Below, piece by piece: positions 9,087 to 17,154 of a stretch of DNA of 64,000 bases. Made by a program: the position numbers and the translations under genes. The stretch covers positions 21,384 through 85,383 of the forward strand of contig JAVBOE010000017.1 of assembly GCA_031550925.1 (NCBI GenBank). Direction: 5' to 3'. The notes under the pieces were generated by a model, which was not told the origin of the DNA, did not search any database, and was given only the letters and a program-made list of their open reading frames with translations. The DNA comes from Bacteroidales bacterium (GTDB lineage: Bacteria; Bacteroidota; Bacteroidia; Bacteroidales; UBA932). Within the stretch, counting starts at the first letter, position 1. Each line of letters starts with the position of its first letter.

Positions 9087-10817
9087 TTATTTTGTTTTTA
9101 TTAGTTCAAATTCTGCTTTGTAATTTCCATCTAAAAATTCGCACCAACCACATATACAAAATGATAAACCGCTGTCTTGCATGGCCAGCTGTACATATCT
9201 TTTTATGGTCTCGGGAGAGTAATTTTTTTCAATAAAAAAGGTGTTCTCTCCTTGTATTTTATGATGTATGCAAATTTCTCCTGCCACCACATTTGGCAAC
9301 GTATATACAAATACAGCAGGGCTAGCTGCCACATCTCCTCCATCGTCTATCAGCTGCTGATGCTTCTTATCTGTATCTAGCGATGCTGCTGAGTTTGATA
9401 GTATAATGCCAATTTTTGTAGGCTCTGTTTTTTCTTCATCTTTCAGCAAATAAGCAGCAGCAATATAGCCCAACTTTGACAAGTCGTCCATCTTGTAAAA
9501 CTTCATATTGCTTTCGTTGAATTTTTTGTATGCCTCACGGATAAAGGAAGAGAAGTCTGGTGCTTCTGATTTGAAAACAACCTTATTGTTAATAGTAACT
9601 ATATTATTTTCAACGATACAACGCTTTACAGAATTGCAACTTATTTTTTGTTTACTTGTATTTTTTTGTATTTTATTTTCTATGGATAAAACAATAGCAG
9701 CATTACACCCCCCGAATCCGGAGCCTGTTTTTATACACGATTTTGCAGTCGTTTTATGATGTTTGTTGCTAATCGCTAAAGGTTGAGATACGCCGTTATT
9801 TTCGTATCCAAGTGTACCAAAGACAACTTCATTTCTCAGCTGTTGTATGCTTAAAATTGATTCAACCACTCCCGATGCTCCCAATGTATGTCCTAAGTAT
9901 GGTTTGAGGCTGTTTACCATTGTGTTTTGTAGCTGTGCCCAATGAACGGCTTTCGCTTCCATTTCGTCGTTAAAAACAGTTGCTGTGCCGTGCAGGTTGA
10001 TGTATCCTATATCATCTTTAGTAAGCCCGGCATCATCTAACGCACCTTGTATGGCATAGAATAAACCATCTCCGGTGCGTGAAGGACCTGATATGTGGTT
10101 AGCATCGTTACTGATTGCTCCGCCGCATAGGGTTGCTGCATTGGGGCAATAAGCTGTGGTTAACAGTATGCTGGCACAGGCTTCTCCAAGGTTTAACCCG
10201 TCACGTTTTTCGTCATATGGGCGACAAATGTTCGGACTGACAGATTTAAAAGATACAAAACCGCTTGTGATAAAATGTGAAAGCACATCAACACCAACAA
10301 CTACAACATTCTGATAAATGTTGGCTTGTAGCAAACGCTTAGCGATGATTAATGCTGATATACCCGAAATGCAAGCGTTTGATACAACCGATACTCTATC
10401 ACCTAAATTGTAGTATGCCGAAATTTTATCTGCAATGCTCCACAAAAAAGCCGATTCGCTGATGTTTTCTGTTGCATTTTGTAGCATATCTATATTGCCC
10501 TTTGTTGTAGATATAATAAGGGCTGTATCAGATGAACTTAAGTCTGCTTTGTGCTGTTGCAACAGCTCATTTACAGATAAAATAATCAACTGCTCTGCTT
10601 TAGTGTATGCACTAAGGTTATATTTGTTTACTTGTTGGTTTAAAATTTCAGAACATATTTTTGCAGCCTGAATGGGTTGGTTTGAAATAGTACCACTTTT
10701 ATCCAGTTTAACGCCACTCTTGTATGCAAGAATAGCATCAAAATTCTGTTGGGTAGTAAATCCCAACGAGCTGATGATATTATCTGCTGCAATGTATATG
10801 TTTAGATTATTCCCCAT
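9087..10817 (-). CDS. Beta-ketoacyl-ACP synthase with about 190-aa C-terminal KS-N-terminal-like half domain
   Basis: SNACISGISAL (Cys), NLHGTATVFND, LGHTLGASG, GFGGCNAA. An extra domain follows (KMDDLSKLGYIAAAYLL, ILSNSAASLDTD, SPAVFVYTLPNVVAGEICI). The track start at 10829 is TTG, and the first ATG is at 10817. Confidence 0.8.
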   Translation of the reverse strand: MGNNLNIYIAADNIISSLGFTTQQNFDAILAYKSGVKLDKSGTISNQPIQAAKICSEILNQQVNKYNLSAYTKAEQLIILSVNELLQQHKADLSSSDTALIISTTKGNIDMLQNATENISESAFLWSIADKISAYYNLGDRVSVVSNACISGISALIIAKRLLQANIYQNVVVVGVDVLSHFITSGFVSFKSVSPNICRPYDEKRDGLNLGEACASILLTTAYCPNAATLCGGAISNDANHISGPSRTGDGLFYAIQGALDDAGLTKDDIGYINLHGTATVFNDEMEAKAVHWAQLQNTMVNSLKPYLGHTLGASGVVESILSIQQLRNEVVFGTLGYENNGVSQPLAISNKHHKTTAKSCIKTGSGFGGCNAAIVLSIENKIQKNTSKQKISCNSVKRCIVENNIVTINNKVVFKSEAPDFSSFIREAYKKFNESNMKFYKMDDLSKLGYIAAAYLLKDEEKTEPTKIGIILSNSAASLDTDKKHQQLIDDGGDVAASPAVFVYTLPNVVAGEICIHHKIQGENTFFIEKNYSPETIKRYVQLAMQDSGLSFCICGWCEFLDGNYKAEFELIKTK

Positions 10818-11248
10818 TTTTTCTTCCAATCCAAGTAGAATTCAGGATTAACCAGTTCAAGCTCACGATTTAGGTTTAGAAAAACCTGTATTGAACTTCC
10901 TGTTGCTACAACCGAATGGTCATCGGCTTTGTATATGGTATATTCGAAAAGAATTTTTGCAGCATCGGTGTTGATGTATCGGGTTTCGATAATTGCTTCG
11001 TCTCCTACGCTAAGCGGTTTTTTATACTGGCAATCTAAGCTGACAATAGGAGTCATAAAGCCATTTCTGTGCACGTCCATATAGCTTATGCCGTAGTGGT
11101 TGCCAAATGATTCGCGACCATCTTCGAAGTAACGTATATACTGACCATGCCATACAATCTGCATGAAATCTACCTCACTAAAACGAACGCGAATTGTTGT
11201 AGTATCGGTTAATGCTGCAATATTTGGTGTAATTTTTCTTTTCGACAT
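10802..11248 (-). CDS. 4HBT/YbgC-type hotdog acyl thioesterase
   Basis: RVRFSEVDFMQIVWHGQY motif, 148 aa. Confidence 0.75.
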   Translation of the reverse strand: MSKRKITPNIAALTDTTTIRVRFSEVDFMQIVWHGQYIRYFEDGRESFGNHYGISYMDVHRNGFMTPIVSLDCQYKKPLSVGDEAIIETRYINTDAAKILFEYTIYKADDHSVVATGSSIQVFLNLNRELELVNPEFYLDWKKKWGII

Positions 11249-11252
11249 TTAT

Positions 11253-11687
11253 TTACTCTTCTTTTTTCAAAAAAATCTTCATTCTGCATTCAGCCATTAG
11301 TTCGTCTGCAGCACTTGTTTTTGCTGAGATTAATGTAATATCTCCTAACTCTTGCATCACCTGAATCTCGGTATATAATTCACTACCGATTTGTGGTAAA
11401 TTATGTAGCTTAAACTTGTCAACAGAACCAATAAAGCCAAGGGAGACAGGCTCTCCTTTTTGCGTAGATATATAGCCCATGCGTGCCGCAGCCGATTGTG
11501 CAATGTGCTCAATTAATCCGACTTCTGCAAAATGATCTGATTGGCAGAAAATATTATCGGCTTGAATTGTTAAGCCCGAATATGAAGAATTACCATCAAT
11601 TCCGTAGAATTTATCAACCATGACAATGGGTGCACGTTGCGGTATTAGCTGCAGTATTTCTTCTCCTTGTAAAATAGCTTCTCGCAT
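11253..11687 (-). CDS. Hotdog-fold dehydratase (ApeI/ApeP-like)
   Basis: 144 aa with the hotdog pattern LIEHIAQSAA. Located between the thioesterase and the methyltransferase. Confidence 0.6.
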   Translation of the reverse strand: MREAILQGEEILQLIPQRAPIVMVDKFYGIDGNSSYSGLTIQADNIFCQSDHFAEVGLIEHIAQSAAARMGYISTQKGEPVSLGFIGSVDKFKLHNLPQIGSELYTEIQVMQELGDITLISAKTSAADELMAECRMKIFLKKEE

Positions 11688-11689
11688 GT

Positions 11690-12793
11690 TTAATCTTTTT
11701 TCTTACACTGAACAATGCTATGCCCCATTCCTAGGTTATCGTGAATTACTTCAACAGCAAGTCCGGCATCGCTTATGCAGCGTATCATATCTTCAGAATA
11801 ATACATTTTACTATTGCCGTTTGCCATTGCTGTAAAGTATATACTGGTTTGCGCCAAGCAGTATGATGCTGTTTCAAATCTTTGCCTATCCCAAAAAGTT
11901 TCCATGATGTAAAGACGAGCATTGCTGCTCATAGAAACAGCTGCACGCTGAAGTATGCTAACCACTTCTTCTTCCGAGAAGCAGTCGAGGAACTGGCTCA
12001 TCCATATGGCGTCATAACCTTTTGGGAAAGGAACGTTCTTATCCAATAAATTTACGCCATGACCATGAATGCGTTCCGCTCCGGTTTTACCTGCTGTGAA
12101 TTGTTTCATTAGCTCCAGCTGCTGAGGTAAATCCATGATGGTAACGTTAACTGTCGGATTATACTCAACACACTTAAGCGCCCAACGACCGGTGTTACCG
12201 CCAACATCAAGTAGGGTAGAAGGGTTATTGCCGAATACTATCTTAAGCGCTTCTTCAAAAGAACAATCAGAATAGTAGTGGTCAAAACCGAACCAGCTCT
12301 TTTGCACATGCTCTGGTAGGCTTGATAAACCTTCATATATTGTAGGCCAATCGCCAAAAACTTTTAGCCCTTCCGGCTTACCATTTAGCAACGCTTCTTC
12401 AAGATTGAATAGCCCGAGGTAGTTTACATCATGGTTAAAATCCAGGTTTACACGAGCCATTTTATCGTTTAGCAAAAACCATCCTGTTTTTGACAAAACG
12501 AAACGATTATCGTTAAGTAAAACCGTTTTTATTGTAAGCGATGATTCCAGAAGAACTTGGGTTGCGTATGGAGATAGCTTAGTGTGCTCGATGATTTCAT
12601 CTATGGTTAACCCGTCACGATTCTCGGCAAGTAAATCAAGAATGCCGAATTTTATCATTAGGCGGGATACTTGAAACACTACCGGAGCAAAAGCAATTTC
12701 TTGCGCCAACCGTTGTGCCTCTAGGGCTGTATGAGGTTCTTTTGAATATCGTTTTTTAAGTTCGTCAGATATATTCATGGTAATCGGTATCAT
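11690..12793 (-). CDS. Class I SAM-dependent methyltransferase with N-terminal winged-helix/dimerisation-like domain
   Basis: SAM motif I LLDVGGNTGRWAL. 367 aa, O-methyltransferase family-2-like layout. Confidence 0.75.
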   Translation of the reverse strand: MIPITMNISDELKKRYSKEPHTALEAQRLAQEIAFAPVVFQVSRLMIKFGILDLLAENRDGLTIDEIIEHTKLSPYATQVLLESSLTIKTVLLNDNRFVLSKTGWFLLNDKMARVNLDFNHDVNYLGLFNLEEALLNGKPEGLKVFGDWPTIYEGLSSLPEHVQKSWFGFDHYYSDCSFEEALKIVFGNNPSTLLDVGGNTGRWALKCVEYNPTVNVTIMDLPQQLELMKQFTAGKTGAERIHGHGVNLLDKNVPFPKGYDAIWMSQFLDCFSEEEVVSILQRAAVSMSSNARLYIMETFWDRQRFETASYCLAQTSIYFTAMANGNSKMYYSEDMIRCISDAGLAVEVIHDNLGMGHSIVQCKKKD

Positions 12794-12794
12794 G

Positions 12795-13679
12795 TTACCC
12801 CCAAAATTTATAGTAGTTAAACCATTGTTCGGGATATTCTTTTAGTATGCTTTCAAGCGTTTGCACGTATTGTTTTAGCTGCTCTTGTTCAGGTTTATCT
12901 CCAACTTTTCTAGCTGTTGGTTGTGCTATGCAAAAATGAAAGCGATATGTTTTATGCGGCTCCCTCATTGCAAAGTAAAAAACTACCGGGACTTTTAGTC
13001 GTGATGCCAGCAAAAACGGACCACCCGGAAATTTTGCTTCTTTTCCCATAAAAAAACAGGTCAGCAGCTTATCTTCTTTCACATAACGGTCTCCCTGAAA
13101 ACAAACGTACTCTTTGTTGTCTAACGCTGTTTTAATAGCAAAAACGTGCTCTAAATTATCGTTGTTAACCGCAACTATTTTATAATCGGCAAAAGCCTTA
13201 TTTTTTTCTAACACTTCTTTAATGCGCCTGTGCTCGGCATCGTAAAGCACTATGTTTATTTTTTTTCCATAACCCTCAAAGAACGGAGTCCCTATTTCCC
13301 AGCTGCCTACATGCGCCCCTATTATTATGGCTCCTTTATCATCGTTCAGTATTTCAAGAAATTTTTCGTAATTCTCAAACTTAAACTTGAACTTCTTTGT
13401 AAGCCCGCAACCAATGGCAACCTTATCTATTAGTATCTGTCCGAAACGATAGTAGTTCTTAAATAAAAAGCCTATGGATTTAAATACGTTTCGTTTTAGG
13501 ATTTTTCGGGAGTAAAACCACGAACTGGCTGTAGCCCTTGGTGCAAAAGGTATAAAATGGATAACAATAAAGGCAAGGAATGTATATGCAACATTAACTC
13601 CAAGATGCTTTATCAAATAGATAAAGAACAGGTATCCGAATTTTCCACCTCGTGTTTTGCCTTCCCACTCTGTAGCCAT
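12795..13679 (-). CDS. LpxL/HtrB-like lysophospholipid (lipid A-type) acyltransferase
   Basis: N-terminal TM helix and IIGAHVGSWE (HX4E) motif. Confidence 0.7.
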   Translation of the reverse strand: MATEWEGKTRGGKFGYLFFIYLIKHLGVNVAYTFLAFIVIHFIPFAPRATASSWFYSRKILKRNVFKSIGFLFKNYYRFGQILIDKVAIGCGLTKKFKFKFENYEKFLEILNDDKGAIIIGAHVGSWEIGTPFFEGYGKKINIVLYDAEHRRIKEVLEKNKAFADYKIVAVNNDNLEHVFAIKTALDNKEYVCFQGDRYVKEDKLLTCFFMGKEAKFPGGPFLLASRLKVPVVFYFAMREPHKTYRFHFCIAQPTARKVGDKPEQEQLKQYVQTLESILKEYPEQWFNYYKFWG

Positions 13680-13930
13680 TATTCCTCAACATTCATACGC
13701 GAAATAACGAAGTTGTAAAAATCCTGAACTGTTTGTACTCCAATAAAATCTTTACTGGTTACAGAAAATCCAAAATTTTGCTCAACTAAAACAACCATAT
13801 CTACCATATCTAAGCTGTCTAGCCGCAATACTTTCATCAAATTGGCATCCGGTTGAATTAATTCAATATCCGTTTCAAATTCGTCTGCTAAAGTTGCTCT
13901 AATCTTTTCGGTAATTTCTACAATTCTCAT
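13679..13930 (-). CDS. Acyl carrier protein
   Basis: 83 aa with RLDSLDMVDMV motif. 1-nt overlap with the downstream gene. Confidence 0.9.
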   Translation of the reverse strand: MRIVEITEKIRATLADEFETDIELIQPDANLMKVLRLDSLDMVDMVVLVEQNFGFSVTSKDFIGVQTVQDFYNFVISRMNVEE

Positions 13931-13960
13931 GGTTTCTGCTTAATATTGGTAATATTAAGT

Positions 13961-15184
13961 TTACTCTTTAAATTTTTTAATAATTAAGGTTGAGTTGGTT
14001 CCTCCAAAGCCAAATGAGTTGGATAGGAAGGTGTCAAACTCAATATCTACACGCTTTGAAGGAATATTGAGCAAGGAAGAAGTCTCGTCAGATTCTTCGA
14101 AGTTGATATTAGGAGCAACAAAATTATTCTGCATCATTAGGGTTGAGTAAACAATTTCGCTTGCACCTGCCATCCACATTTCGTGTCCGGTCATTGATTT
14201 AGTTGACGTAACCAGCGGACGGTATTCTCCAAAAACATCAATAATAGCTTGTGCTTCATTTAAATCGCCGATAGGCGTTGACGTTGCGTGAGCGTTGATG
14301 TATTTTATATCAGAAAGTTTTACGCCCGAAGATTCAATAGCCATCTGCAGCGATTTTTTAGAACCGTTGATGTTAGGCACAGACATGTGATCTCCGTTTG
14401 AAGAAAATCCGTAACCCATAATTTCGGCAAGAATAGGTGCTCCGCGTTTCTTCGCTGATTCGTAGCTCTCGATTACCAGACTTGCAGCACCTCCGCTCGG
14501 AACTAATCCATCGCGGTTTTTGTCGAATGGACGTGATGCTTTGTGAGGCTCATCTATGCGGGTAGAGAAGGTTCCTAACCCATCGAAGCTGCTAACCCCA
14601 AAAGGATTTACTTCTTGTGCGCCACCGCAAAGTATGCAATTTTGAAATCCATTCCCAATTAAAATGTAGGCCATACCAATAGAGTGAGAACCACTGGCGC
14701 ATGCCCCGGATATGGTAAAGCTGATACCTTTGAGCTTAAAAATAATGGAGAGGTTCATCGTTACAGTCGAGTTTAGCGCCTGAAAAACGGAACCGGCCCC
14801 TACAAGTGCTGTATTTCTCTTTGTCCTAACAGTATCACACGCTGTAATAATGGGAACAGCACTGCTGTCATTTCCATATAAAATTCCTACATCATTAGCC
14901 TCTAAAAACGCGCTGTCGATGCCTGCATTCCGAAATGCTTCTGCTGTTGCCATGTAGGCATATTCACCTTGTTCGGCAAGGTAGTTACGTTGACGCCTGT
15001 CAAGCAAAGGTTTTAAATCCGGACGCTCAATAATGCCTGTTAAGGGAGAAATAAACCCCAGCTCTTTACGTTCGGGGTCAATGCCAATGCCTGATTTTCC
15101 ATGATATAGCGAATCCTTTACCTCATTGAGATTTTTGCCTATACATGAGTATATCCCCATACCCGTTATTACAACTCTTTTCAT
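13961..15184 (-). CDS. Beta-ketoacyl-ACP synthase (KS)
   Basis: SGACASGSHSIG (Cys), NAHATSTPIGD, MTGHEMWMAGA, FGFGGTN. Confidence 0.9.
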   Translation of the reverse strand: MKRVVITGMGIYSCIGKNLNEVKDSLYHGKSGIGIDPERKELGFISPLTGIIERPDLKPLLDRRQRNYLAEQGEYAYMATAEAFRNAGIDSAFLEANDVGILYGNDSSAVPIITACDTVRTKRNTALVGAGSVFQALNSTVTMNLSIIFKLKGISFTISGACASGSHSIGMAYILIGNGFQNCILCGGAQEVNPFGVSSFDGLGTFSTRIDEPHKASRPFDKNRDGLVPSGGAASLVIESYESAKKRGAPILAEIMGYGFSSNGDHMSVPNINGSKKSLQMAIESSGVKLSDIKYINAHATSTPIGDLNEAQAIIDVFGEYRPLVTSTKSMTGHEMWMAGASEIVYSTLMMQNNFVAPNINFEESDETSSLLNIPSKRVDIEFDTFLSNSFGFGGTNSTLIIKKFKE

Positions 15185-15189
15185 TTTCG

Positions 15190-16728
15190 CTATAGCTCGA
15201 CTTCCGACAATTTGTGATTCTTCAAATACTCAACAAGTTTTTCTATATCCTTATACATTGGCTTATCTTCAACAAACACAGGGAAGATATCTCGTACTTC
15301 GGCATATATCTTTGCTGTTTTTGGAGATAGCTTTGATTGAATTTTCAGGTAATCTATGGCTTGTGCTATTGCCATAAATTGAATTGACAATACCTGAAAT
15401 GAATTCTCTATAACTGTTTTCGCAATTAGCGCCGAGTTAGTGCCCATGCTTACGATATCTTGATTGTCGTTGTTATTCGGGATGCTATGCACATACATCG
15501 GGTTCGACAACGTTTGGCACTCGGCGGTGGTTGATGTTGCCGTAAACTGTGCAGCTTGTAAACCGTAGTTAAGACCAAGCGTACCAAGATTTCCGAAAGG
15601 TGGAAGAATTTCGTTAATCTTATCATGGAAGATATAGTTAAGCTGTCGCTCGGCAAGCATGGTTAGCTTTGTAATCGCAATCTTCAGCTTATCCATTTCG
15701 TATGAAACATAATCGCCATGAAAGTTTCCGCCATGGTATATATTTTGCGAATCGGGGTCAACAATCGGATTATCACATGCCGAGTTGATTTCGTTAACCA
15801 AAACCTTTTCCGCATTTTTCAGCTCATCATATATAGGTCCTAGCACTTGTGGCACGCAACGAAGAGAATAGTATGGCTGTACTTTATGTGCAAAAATACG
15901 CTCTTCGTGCTTATGGCTATATAGCTCAATCTCTCGTTTACGAACACATTGACTGTCTTCTATCAGCTTAGTCATAATTTCGGCAATCTTGCTTTGTCCT
16001 TTGTGTCGTTTGGTATCGTTAAGCTCTTTCGCCATAAAGTCATCGTATGATGAAACGACTTCATTCACCATAACCGATGCTATAATTGACCATTGTAGCA
16101 GCTTACGGGCATATATCAGATTAACAAGCCCGATGCCTGTCATAACAGAAGTACCATTGGTTACTGATAATCCTTCGCGAATACGCATTGCAAAAGGTTT
16201 CAATCCTAGCTGTTTCATTACATCGGAACAGTTTTGAAGCTGACCATTGTAGTAAACCTCTCCTTCGCCAATAAATGTTAACGCAAGGTGTGCAAGCTGT
16301 ACCAAATCACCGCTAGCTCCAACGCTTCCATGCTCGGGAACGAATGGATATATCTCTTTATTGATAAAGTTTACAATAAGGTTAACCAGTTCAGGGTGTA
16401 CTCCCGATTTTCCTTGTAGAAAAGTATAAAGACGTGCGAGCATTGCAGCCCTCACATAAATGGGCTCTAGTGGTTTTCCCGCTCCAACCGAGTGGCTGCG
16501 AATTATGTTATACTGTAGCTCTGTTAGGGCTTTGTCGTCTATTCTGTATTGAGCCATTGGCCCAAAGCCTGTATTAATACCGTAGATAACTTTATTAGCA
16601 GAGAAATCTTCCAAAAAGTCGAAGCTTCTTTGCACTTCGGCCATGGTTTCTTTCAGGATAGCTATCGGTTGCTTATCAAATACTATATTTTTTATCGACT
16701 CTAGGTCTATCAACGCGTTTTGTTCCAT
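15190..16728 (-). CDS. MIO-dependent aromatic amino acid ammonia-lyase (HAL/TAL family; probable tyrosine ammonia-lyase of the cluster)
   Basis: GSVGASGDLVQLAHL carries the Ala-Ser-Gly MIO triad, with NTGFGPMAQ and HGGNFHG also present. It is the first gene of the polyene operon, as in flexirubin clusters. Confidence 0.85.
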   Translation of the reverse strand: MEQNALIDLESIKNIVFDKQPIAILKETMAEVQRSFDFLEDFSANKVIYGINTGFGPMAQYRIDDKALTELQYNIIRSHSVGAGKPLEPIYVRAAMLARLYTFLQGKSGVHPELVNLIVNFINKEIYPFVPEHGSVGASGDLVQLAHLALTFIGEGEVYYNGQLQNCSDVMKQLGLKPFAMRIREGLSVTNGTSVMTGIGLVNLIYARKLLQWSIIASVMVNEVVSSYDDFMAKELNDTKRHKGQSKIAEIMTKLIEDSQCVRKREIELYSHKHEERIFAHKVQPYYSLRCVPQVLGPIYDELKNAEKVLVNEINSACDNPIVDPDSQNIYHGGNFHGDYVSYEMDKLKIAITKLTMLAERQLNYIFHDKINEILPPFGNLGTLGLNYGLQAAQFTATSTTAECQTLSNPMYVHSIPNNNDNQDIVSMGTNSALIAKTVIENSFQVLSIQFMAIAQAIDYLKIQSKLSPKTAKIYAEVRDIFPVFVEDKPMYKDIEKLVEYLKNHKLSEVEL

Positions 16729-16747
16729 GTAGAAAATCGGATTATTC

Positions 16748-16778
16748 CAAACTGTAAAAGTACTATTTTATTTGCAAA
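16748..16778 (-). promoter_or_regulatory. Candidate promoter of the polyene operon (TTTG-N18-TAcagTTTG, imperfect)
   Basis: The minus strand reads cTTTTGcaaataaaatagtacttTTAcagTTTGg, about 20 nt upstream of the ATG at 16728. It has one extra base relative to the Bacteroidetes TAnnTTTG consensus. Confidence 0.35.
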
Positions 16779-17116
16779 AGCTTTAAATTTAAGCTTGAGA
16801 TATGAGTACTAGCAATCCGATTTATTTATCTAGTTGACTTACAGTGAAAAATAAGTACTTAAAAAATGCTAAATTTTCCAATACTCTGTTTCGAGCAATT
16901 TATATCTGATTTGTTTAAAAATGAGGCTTTTAAAGTGATTTAACTTGTTGAATTGAGTAGAGTAATGGAATCGCATATTGGCTTAATTCGAGAATTTTTG
17001 AACATCTGTAGATATAGGCTTGTAAAGTTCTGGAGGATATACAAACACAAGCTCTATTGCATATCAAATCAAAAAGTGTAAATATAGTTGTGGTTACAGA
17101 AACAAAAAGATTTATC

Positions 17117-17124
17117 TAAATTTG
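17117..17124 (+). promoter_or_regulatory. Bacteroidetes -7 box TAAATTTG upstream of GH92 gene
   Basis: Perfect TAnnTTTG, 31 nt upstream of the ATG at 17155. Confidence 0.45.
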
Positions 17125-17154
17125 TTTGATACAGATTAGTAAAAAGCAAATGTT

